Of a DNA stretch of 64,000 bases, positions 53,810-64,000 are shown piece by piece (the first letter of the stretch is position 1; the number at the start of each line of letters is the position of its first letter). Source of the DNA: Vicugna vicugna (lineage: Eukaryota); assembly GCA_013265495.1 (NCBI GenBank), contig MU058257.1, forward strand, positions 1,257,262-1,321,261, in the 5' to 3' direction. A program made the position numbers and the translations under genes. The notes below the pieces were generated by a model, which made no database searches, was not told the origin of the DNA, and saw only the letters and a program-made list of their open reading frames with translations.

Positions 53810-55255
53810 TTTCTTTAATGATGTATAGTTGGTTTACAATGTGTTCATTTTGGGACATAGGCAAAACATTCTCTGACATAAATCTCAGCAATGTTCTCCT
53901 AGGGCAGACTATCCAGGCAGTAGAAATAAAAGCAAAAATTAACAAACAGGACCTAATTAAACTTATAAGCTTTTGCACAGCAAAGGAAACCATACGAAAA
54001 ACAAAAAGACAACCTACAGAATGGGAGAAAGTATTTGCAAATGATGAGATTGATGAGGGCTTAATCTCCAGAATGTATAAATAGCTCATACAACCTAGTA
54101 AGAAAAAAACAAACAACGCAATCCAAAAACGGGCAGAAGACCTAAAGAAGCAATTCTTCAATGAAGACATGCACATGAAAAAATGCTCAATATCACTAAT
54201 TATCAGAGAAATGCCAGTCAAAACTACAAGGTATCACCTCACACCAATCAGAATGCCATCATTCAAAAGTCCACAAATGATAAATGCTGGAGAGGGTGTG
54301 GAGAAAAGGGGACCCTCCTACACTGTTGGTGGGAATGTACTCTGGTGTAGCTATTATGGAAAACAGTATGGAGATTCCTCAAAAAACTAAAAATAAACTT
54401 ACCATATGACCCAGCAATCCCACTCCTGGGCATACATCTGGAGGAAACTCTAATTCAAAAACATACAAGCACACCAATGTTCATAGCAGCACTATATACA
54501 GTAGCCAAGATGTGGAAACAATCTAAAAGTCCATCAACAGCTAACTGGATAAGGAAGCTGTATTATATTTAAACAATGGAATACTACTCAGCCATAAAAA
54601 GAATAAAATAATGCCATTTGCAGCAACATGGATGGACCTGGAGATTGTCATTCTAAGTGAAGTAAGCCAGAAAGAGAAAGAAAAATACCATATGATAGCA
54701 CTCATATGTGGAATCTTAAAAAAAGAGAAAAAAGAGGACACTAATGAACGCATCTACAAAACAGAAAAAGACTCACAGATATAGTAAACAATTTTATGGT
54801 TACTGGGGAAAGTGAGTGGGAAGGAATAAATGTGGGAGTTGAGATTTGCAAATGTTAGCCAGTATATATAAAAATAGATTTCAAAAAGCCAAATTTCTTC
54901 TGTATAGTACAGGGAAATACATTCAATATCCTATAATAACCTTTCATGAAAAAGAATATGAAAACGAATATATGTATGTATATGCGTGACTGGGACCTTG
55001 TGCTGTACACCAGAGACTGACACATTGTAACTGACTGTAGTTCAGTTTTTAAAAATGTTATTTTCTGGTGCATAGCATAGTGATTCAGTTATACATATAT
55101 ATTCCTTTTCATATTCTTATTCATCATAGGCTATTACAAGATACTGAATATAGTTTCCTGTGCTGTACAGTAGGACCTTGTTGTTTGTCTATTTTATATA
55201 TAGTAGTATCTGCTAATTCCAAACTCCCAATTTATCCCTCCCCACCCTACCCCAA
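53810..55255 (-). mobile_element. L1 3' end fragment split by the plus-strand L1 (pieces ~53810-53850 and ~55055-55255)
   Basis: gtatagttggtttacaatgtg on the left continues as ttctggtgcatagcatagtgattcagtt on the right, colinear with other L1 3' ends. Confidence 0.7.
53852..55054 (+). mobile_element. 5'-truncated L1 (ORF2 C-terminal relic and 3' UTR), antisense to PARD3
   Basis: DIGKTFSDIN...KQDLIKLISFCTAKETIRKTKRQPTEWEKVFAND is an L1 ORF2 signature. Confidence 0.92.
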
Positions 55256-56604
55256 TAATTCTAAAAAGCATGACAATTTCAACTGATAGGGTCTAAGCTG
55301 TACACACAGCTCGCAGACGAGTTTGTGGTTCCTTAAAACAAAAATGATTACAAATGATTCCAATGGGTGAGATCATGGTCTCTTCCCTTCCAAAAGACAG
55401 TGACCTTTCAAGGTCAGACTACACTGGGGAAAAGAAAGATCCCAAGAAACTCAAAGCTCGTGGTGCAAAACAGATAATAAAAACCATAGCCCAAGCTCCA
55501 TTTTGAACAATGGAGCAGCTCTTAATAAGGCAACAGTGTGAACTGGTATGAAAATTAACAGACTAAGTAGAATTACAGTCACTTTCAGCTCATTTACAGG
55601 ATCCGTAGAGTGGAGGGGACACAGCAAGATGCCAATTGTTTTGAAAATGAAAAAAAATAAATAAATGAAGAGGTCAACTTCTGGCCGACAATTTAGGAAA
55701 TTATTCCATCCCTAAGGTAATCAGCCTGTCATCCAAATAATTCCCTACTCACTCATCACGGGAAATGACAGTACAAGCCTTGCTGTTGTCCAGAAGTTCC
55801 TACGGCATTTTGATACATGGTAATTTGGCCCGTGACCTTTGGCAGTGGGGTTTCCTCATGCACAAGACATTCTCAAACATTTTTTTCCCAATATGATTGT
55901 TCCTATTAAGCAGGTAACATAGAAACACATGCCAACATGTTCATGCCCTGCATTAAAAAAAATGCAAACTTATAAAGAAACCAAAGTAGATAACAAATCA
56001 CTGCCACACCTCCCAGTGCAGAACTTGCGCTAAGAAGTAGGAAAGGCTCATCTAGCCCCCAGAGAAGCTGGAGAGCACACGTGTGGATGTTCTCACTGAC
56101 CAGAAATAACCCCAGTCAATCTTTCCCAAAGGTCAGTTTCCATTTCTCAAAGTTACATACTTAGAAAATATTCCGACTTCAAAGAGGTGGTCTTTCAAGC
56201 CTCTCCTGCCCACCTACCCTGATGTGGATGTGGTTCCTCTGAGTTCAACTGTCCACACCCCCACCAGCACCTGTGACCACGACTCTACAGAGCGTTCCTT
56301 TCTTTGTTCTCCAGAACCAGACACAGGGACCGGAAGATGGGAAACACTCAAGAAACGTGATGAGTGAGAGAATGAATTCCAGAATAAACGTGCGAACATG
56401 CTGGTCTGAAACCCACATTCCCAGGGAAAGCAACACGGAGCGACACTGGCCCTCCTGGGCCGCAGGGGGCGTGAGCGGCCCGCGGGGGCTGGGCAGCTCG
56501 GATCTGGGTGTGTGGGGGGACCACTCCCACACGCGGTGCCTCTTCGTCCCTCAGGTCGCTGCTGTCCTCACTCCTGCTTTCAGGTCCTTTGTGCAAATAT
56601 ACAT

Positions 56605-56918
56605 AGTTAAGGGAGTGTAAGTCATCGACCGAGCAGAAACAGACTCGCAGACATAGTAAACAGTCCATGGTTACTGGGGACGGTGGGGGAGGGGTAAGTT
56701 TGCGAGTTTGAGATCTGTAAAGGTTAACCACTATATATAAAAATAAATAAATTTCTTATGTACAGCACAGGGAACTATGTTCAATACCTTGTAATAACCT
56801 TTCATGAAAAAGAATATGAAAACAAGTATGTGTATGTATATGCGTGACTGGGACATTGTGCTGAACACCAGAAACTCACACTTTGTAGCTGACTATATAC
56901 CTCAATTTTTTTAAAAAA
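56605..56918 (+). mobile_element. L1 3' UTR fragment
   Basis: Highly similar to 54740-55050. Confidence 0.85.
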
Positions 56919-58833
56919 GGCTGTCTACTACGTATGACAGAAGAAGCCCGCTTTAAGAAACCCAGCAGGAATGGGTTGAGTCGTTACGATAAACAATGTA
57001 AGTAGAGTAACAGAATTCTGTCGTGCCCTACGGGAATGACTCAGTTTACTTGTCATCTAGGAAAAGAAACATTTGAAAGCGATGTTATTAGCTGTGACGC
57101 TGTGGCAGAGGACAGCTGGATTCTCTTGGCCCGTAAACCTGCGGCACCTGTTTTACAGCCTCCCGGGTCAGCCAGGCTGGTTTCCTGAGATTCTGCTCCG
57201 ATGCTGGACTCAAACTGCCGGCTGCCTGTGCTACGGCCCCATCTTCCTCACCTGACCCAAGGTGAGGGCCTTCCAAGTGGCATGGCTTCTCCAATGCTTC
57301 CTTCTTCTTTGATTTGCAAAATTAACCTTTCACAACCTCCGACTTGCTCACCACGTCCCAGATCAGAACCTTTATGGGTTTCTGGCTTCTTAAGGAGTGC
57401 TCTGAGGGTGCTGGATTTTAGGACCAAAAAGGACCTCGTGATGCTCTAAACCCTGGAGCAGGGCTCCTCAGCATCTTACAGGATGACTTGGAGGTTCAGA
57501 CCCAGCGGGCCTGAGGCGGGGCCCAGGAGTGGGTGGCGTAACAGGCTCCTGGGAGGAGCAGGGGATCCGGTCCGCGGGCTGCACCTGGCGCAGCTCTGCC
57601 CCCAGCAGCAGTCACCCGGGTCCGTGGAGGCCTCTGTTCACCGGGAAGAGACCTGCTGACGCCTTCTTCACTTGACACGCTCCACATCCTCTTAAATGTT
57701 CACTCTAGCCAAAGGTTTAGTCACTGACAATCAGCTGCTCTAACCCTCTTGGTTTACAAATAAGAAAACTGAGGCCCGGGGGAAAAAATAAACTATTTCT
57801 TCTGTCCTGGCCGGTGGGTGGGCATCCTATCCTGACACCATCCTTGTTCAGACTTTCAATCGCGCATCGAAGGCTCCTTCTCCCCCCACCCCCACCACCT
57901 CTCCTTCCCTGGAGGATAAGCGGGTACTCGTCCCACCGCCAGCCACGTCGTTGGTCCCCTTTCCCAAATAAACCAGGATATTTCTCTGCTTCCGCCTCTT
58001 CTCACACCACTCCCTTCCGCCCCTCCCAGCGCTCATGTGTAATCGCATTTTGAACTGAACTCACCTTTGTGGACCCTAGTTCCTCCTCAGCTCAGGAGCT
58101 CACCTGCATGGATGGCGCCTTTTGATTCCAACATCGCCCAGAACTGTGCCACCCACAAGATCCTGGATTCCTGGAATAGACTTCTTTACGCCCACGAGGC
58201 AGCTGTGCCGAGCCCCACCCCCACACCCTCCCAGGCCATCAGGGCGACGCCTCCCTGAGCTGTACTGACCACCCGGCCCAGACTGGGCTGGGCTCCACCA
58301 GCATCCTCACCAGGCTTCCAGAGCGCCTTCCTGCCTTCCTGCCATGCCTGTCTTGCCAATCCTCATCACGGAATGACCCTAAAAAATTATTTTTTCTACT
58401 CCCAGTCCTCAAAGTATTGCGGGCCATGGTCACGTGACCACGCTGACCGGACTTGCTAGTACCCTCAGCTAGCTCTTCCTACCCCGAGCACCGAGGAAAT
58501 CATCTCCACCAGACTCGCTCAGGTTTCCAAAGAGGGTCTTCAAAAGTCCATCTCGAACCCCCACATGTGCTCCAACGCCTCCCTTCCCAGAAGGGCCATC
58601 ATCTCTCCAGCAAAACACAAGGCCAGAGCCCGAGTCTGGGGCAGGTCGGGGAGGACTTGTCAGCTCGCCACGCTGTGGAGTCTGGGCTTTATCTGTGGGC
58701 ACCGACAAGACACTCGAAGCTTTGCTGTAGAGATGACGCTGGAGGCTGTGGGAGGAACGGCTGGAAAAGGGCTACAGGGAGGCGCCAAACACACAGCAGG
58801 CACGGGGAAGACTCCAGATGTCTAAATACTGTC

Positions 58834-58950
58834 GGGGGGCGGGGTACAGCTCAGCGGTAGGGCGCATGCCTAGCATGCACAAGGTCCTGGGTTCAATCCC
58901 CAGCACCGCCTCTAAATAAATAAGTCTAATTACCTCCCCATAAAAAAAAT
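58834..58950 (+). mobile_element. tRNA-derived SINE (Vic-1-like) with TSD
   Basis: A and B boxes intact; TSD tctaaatactg at 58821-58831 and 58952-58962. Confidence 0.88.
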
Positions 58951-59252
58951 CTCTAAATACTGCACTTCGTGGAGAGTGGATACACTATTGATGTGTTGGG
59001 CTGATTTCCCTGGGCTCTGACTCAGAAATGTATACAGAAAAATACTAAGCTTGAAAAAAACACGTAGTTGGAAGACCACTCCTGCCACGTCTTGTCACGA
59101 GGCAAGTGGAACCTACCAGGCAATGGACAGACGGTGCAACGAGATATAAAATGAAATGAGCAACGAAATTAGCGACGACGGAACCCAGATGGAGACGAGG
59201 AGGTCAAGATGCTGCAGGTCAGAGCAGCCTGGCCACGGCTGGCCTTGTGTCA

Positions 59253-59618
<366 letters not shown>

Positions 59619-59951
59619 TTAAAATGTGTTTTCATTTTGTTCTGATGATTAAGACTTATTGAAGTTATTTCCGACAGACACTCAGGAGGCCCAGCAGTAT
59701 TTTTAGACATTTCATTTTTCAGCAGCTCCTTAAAAGCCTCATTTCCTTTCCGTAATCTGGCAAGGTGTTGGCAGCAAAATCTTTTTTGGAAAGGACATTG
59801 TATTAAAAGTCAGAAATACCCGGGGCCAGTCCCAGCTCCTCCACCTTCTTAGAGGAAAACCCGCAATGCCGCTGGGCTGGGCTCTTACGCATGTGATGTG
59901 CACGTGATAATCATTTCCATTGTGACAATCACGTGAGGTGACACCACACAG

Positions 59952-60064
59952 TGCAGCCCCACGAATGTGCAGTATTATTTTCAGAATGTTATTATATGAA
60001 GTCCTTCTTGCAGCCCCACGAATGTGCAGTATTATTTTCAGAATGTTATTAATGAAGTCCTTCT
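59952..60064. repeat. 57-bp tandem duplication (1-bp indel)
   Basis: tgcagccccacgaatgtgcagtattattttcagaatgttatta(t)atgaagtccttct occurs twice. Confidence 0.95.
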
Positions 60065-61289
60065 TTCTGAATTATCAGAGCTATACACGAAATCCAACCC
60101 TCACAGCATACATGAAAAGCAGTTTAAAAACAACTTCAGGTGGCAGTTTGATTGAACCAGTTAGTTAATAATAACATTGTCTTCTTTTTTTTACTGCTCT
60201 GAATTGTCCTATCCTCACAGAAAGCTTATAAGACAGGAGCAGAAGGCAGGATTTCTTGCACACACATTCACACACACACACAAAGGCAGAAACTGATATT
60301 CAGAGATCAGAGCCTGGACAGTGGGGAATGTGAGACCAGAATCCAGATTTTTCTGGCCACTCGTCCAGCTGCATCTCACCCACCATGTTGTAACACTTAG
60401 TAAAAAGCACACACCAGAGCCTTCCCCTGTTAAATCACACACCATTTTAAAACTGTATTTCGCAAGAGTCATGGGTACGACCGAGAGTAAATCAATCTGA
60501 AATGTCATGGCACTTTTGGACTCTTCCGTTCCCCGAGCACCAGATCACATCCTCTTGGGACAGCTACTCAGGCACCTTAGGTATATAGTCTCCTAACAGC
60601 TTCAGACTTCTCGAGGACAAGGACCAAGTCTGCTATTTGTCACCTACGCCCCTGCAAGCTGCTGGCAGGACGGGAAGCTGTCGGCCCCTGGAAGAGGGAT
60701 CTCTTCAGTGAAGACAAGTGGCTGAGGGGATTCAGCACACATCTGAATTCTCGGGAGATGTACCAGTGAGAGGCAGCCTAGGGGAGGAGGCCTGACAGGG
60801 GAGGAGTGCGTCCAGTTCTCAAACTCACCTCTGCTTCGTATAATTTCACACATTTTGAAGAGCTGAAAAGCTCAGCCTGAAAACAGTCGCAACCAGGACC
60901 ACGTTAGGCACATCTTCCAAGAGCACGCGATGGTCTTCTATCATTCAGTCTCCCGGGTGGCTTCCTATCACCTTCATGTTTCTGTCCATTTCACCAGAGC
61001 TTCTGGAATGTCCTGTCAGTACCTCCCACTTGACTATTTCCCTGGTCAGCAAACACTCGTCTTTCCTTTGTCCTTCTTCTGACCAGTCCCTGGAACTGAT
61101 CAGCCTGAGAACGCGGAAGGTTAAGGGGTCTGAGAAACGTGCCTCTTGACCACGTGAGGCTTCTGTCCACACATGGGGACAGATTCAAACCTCCCCTCCA
61201 GAGTCCTGAGCCGGGGAGGCTGTCATTCCTACTGGCTGTTAAATCATATGTGCAGTATCTTAGCTTGTCTGAACAGATAACATGTTTTT

Positions 61290-62100
61290 AAAATTTTCTT
61301 TATTTACTGAAGTGTAGTTGATTTACAACGTTAGTTTCAGGTTTACAGCAAAGTGATTCAGTTATGGATAAATTTTGTTTTCAGATTCTTTCCCATTATA
61401 TGTTATTATAAGAAACTGAATATGGGTCCCTGTGCTGTGCAGTAGGTCCTTGTTGTTTATCTACTTTATACATAGTAGTAGTGTTAATCCCAAACTCCGA
61501 ATTTATCCCTCCCCTGCCCTTCTCCCTTTGGTAACCACAGTTTATTTTCTATGTCTGTGAGCCTGTTTTTGAGGATTTGTATTATTTTTCTTTAGAGTCC
61601 ATATATAAGTGATATCATATGATATACAAAATTAATATCCATGATAAACAAGTGCATACAGTATAGCACAAGGAACTATATATTCAATATCTTAGAGTAA
61701 CCTATGGTGAAAAAGCATATGGAAACAAAAATACATATGTTCCTATATGACTGAAACATTGTGCTGCACACCAGAAACTGACACAACATTGTAAACTGAC
61801 TGTACTTCAATAAAATGTTTAAAAAATTAAAAAATAAAAAATTAACATACAGAAATCAGTTGCATTTCTATACCCTAACAATGAAATAGCAGAAAGAAAC
61901 TAAGGAAGCAATCCCATTGGCCATCACATCAGTAAGAATAAAATACCTAGGAATAAGCCTACCTAAGGAGGCAAAGGACCTGGACTCCGAAAACTGTAAG
62001 ACACTGATGGGAAGATGTACGGTGTTCTTGGACTAGAAGAATCAGCATCGTTAAAGTGACCACACCACCCACAGCAACCTACAGATTCAACGCAATCGGA
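61290..62100. mobile_element. Composite L1: minus-strand 3' end (61290-61622) joined to a plus-strand ORF2 fragment (to ~62100), with a second plus-strand L1 3' end (~61643-61836) nested inside
   Basis: L1 3' UTR motifs; ORF2-type aaaattaacatacagaaatcagttgcatttctatac and aaaatacctaggaata; direct repeat aaaattaatatcca/aaaattaacataca around the nested piece. Confidence 0.75.
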
Positions 62101-63299
62101 CAGACACAGTTTCGATGACGTCTTCCCAGTGCAGCGCCCAACCCACCACCTCCCCCCTCTCCGTGGGAAACCGTGAATGGTGCAGCTCTGAGCGTAGGTT
62201 CCTAAGACAAAGGACAGGTCAGCGAACGTGACTTTCGATGCTTCCTTCTTTCTAGGAGAGACCCAAGCCTCTCTTGTCCCTGGCACACTGCACAGCTTCT
62301 AACGGGGAGATTGTAGGAGGCTCACCTGACCAAGTATTTACACGTCTGAGTAGAACCATCTCCCTGTTGTTTCCATGCAGCGCAGTTTTCACCCCCCGCC
62401 CACCATCAAGCTCATGAAGTCCAATCCACTGATGAAAACGGACCTCTTCTTCCTGTTTGTGATGACTTGAACATGCAGTCTCCCAGCAAGGGAAGTTGAC
62501 CCTGGGTCCTTAATTTTAAATTCCAGTGACCTCATGTCTCTCAAGGGATGAGACAGGTGCTGTGAGTCACTTCTGCCCTGATTTCCAAATCTGAGCAGCT
62601 GCCGAGACCACGTTTGACCCTCTCTTCCTTGCTTCCCTCCTTCTTACACTCTAGGGAAGCAGACTGACCACCTAAGACTAGCCAAGCACCTGAGGGTGAA
62701 GCCGGGGGAAGGGCTGTCAAGGTTTCCGGACTGAGGGTGATTTCCAAAGATGGGAGCCGGCCAAGCAACCCTGGGGAAGACCAGCTGGCGGTCTGAAGGT
62801 GAGACCCTGGCGTCGAGATGGAACCATTGCAACCACTTCGTTCCGCCTCTCAGGCCAATCCCTCAGGACCAGTAACTCCTACCGGGCTTGGTGAGGAGTT
62901 CTTGGTTGGCTCTTCCACCAGGAAGGCCAAAGGAGATTTTAAATATTCATTAGCATTAGTGGCTGAATCCTGCTTCAGCTGGGTTCACTGCCAACTTAAG
63001 GTTGCTCGTCACTTTTGGTGAGAAAGAGAACAAAGACGTACCACCTAAGCTGGCCGGGTGGGTGAGTGAGACAGCAGAACATGTAACTTCCTGAGAGTCT
63101 ACAGGCAGGAAGGACGAGGAGGGAAGGACAGAGATGCTTTTTGTGTAACAAAAATCCACACTCTGTGTCCAGCACTAGCAGGTAGCCTTCCTTACACGTC
63201 GGTGTGCACACACGTATGTATTTTAAGCTAAATAAAGAGGGTTTTGGTTCAGCAATGACCTGGGGTTTTTTCTGCCTGGGTTAAGAAAGCGCATGCTGG

Positions 63300-63780
63300 A
63301 TCACACGGGGGTTGGATTCCCAGCGCACACGTACAGCCTGACTCTGCCCGACACGGGACGCGAGCCTTCCCGTCCGGCGACCACGCGCAGGCGCGGTCTT
63401 GTCGGGGGCGGGGGGGGGGGGCACCGCCGCGGGCGCGGGCGCGGGCGCGGGCACGCTAACCAGCTCGCGCGCACGGTGCCGGTCGCACCACCCAGTTCGT
63501 GCTGACGGCGACGGCTGTCCCGGCGGGTGTCAGCGCTGCTCACGCGGTGCTCGTCAGAAAAGGCCGACGACCCCGCCGCGAGGCAGTCTGAGTTGGTCCC
63601 TCGGAGCCGCGAGGACACAGGCGGAGGCGGCGCCGCGGGGCCACGGCCGGGCCGGGCCCCAGCCCCTGCCGGACGGCTGGCTGCCGCGTGAAGGGGGCCC
63701 GCCGCCCCGGGAGCCCACGGCCTCCCCGCGGCAGCTGGGAGGAACTGGCTTGCTCTGGGCCGGGGGTGGGGGGCTCCTCC
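63300..63780. promoter_or_regulatory. Intronic CpG island within PARD3
   Basis: Very high GC and CpG density over ~480 bp, including (gcgggc)n and GC-box-like motifs; not a recognisable repeat. Confidence 0.6.
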
Positions 63781-64000
63781 CTCCCAGCAGACTGCTGCCC
63801 TGAAGGGGTCTGGGTCTGGTCTTGCCTTCTAATTTTTTTTTGAGAGAAGTCAGAATTCCAGGTCCCCTGCCCCCCACAATTTTCACTGTTGGCTTATTTT
63901 ATTTTTTTAATCCAGGGTGAGACCAAAAACGTGTCTGTTTCCGGCCGGCTTTATATTCTGCAGATGCTGCCTGTGTGACACGCTGCACTTCTAGGCTACT

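Noticed and set aside
53592..54221. 209-aa minus-strand hydrophobic ORF
   Set aside because: Antisense of L1 ORF2.

Overview
Mammalian genomic DNA, most likely from a camelid (six copies of the tRNA-derived Vic-1-type SINE). The only protein-coding content I can support is the 3' end of PARD3 (Par-3 polarity scaffold) on the minus strand: three coding exons (59394-59514, 48128-48255, 42205-42598) with canonical GT-AG junctions that join in frame, and a 3' UTR of about 1.6 kb with three AATAAA signals. An assembly gap lies just past the distal signal. The ~40 kb downstream of the gene (1-40 kb) is repeat-dense. It holds two decayed ERV1-class proviruses of one family (one collapsed to 1.3 kb with an intact target-site duplication (TSD), one of ~10 kb carrying an internally deleted L1 and an env TM relic), five LTRs of a second family, MaLR/MIR/L2 relics and several nested L1 fragments. 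I found no convincing novel protein-coding system; the other ORFs in the track look like noise or L1 relics. The most notable observations are a tandemly triplicated PARD3 splice donor that allows an in-frame 20-aa extension, an apparent ectopic gene-conversion tract between the two neighbouring proviruses, and a 45-bp duplication of the env immunosuppressive-domain relic. Repeat family names and percent identities are by-eye estimates, not database results.
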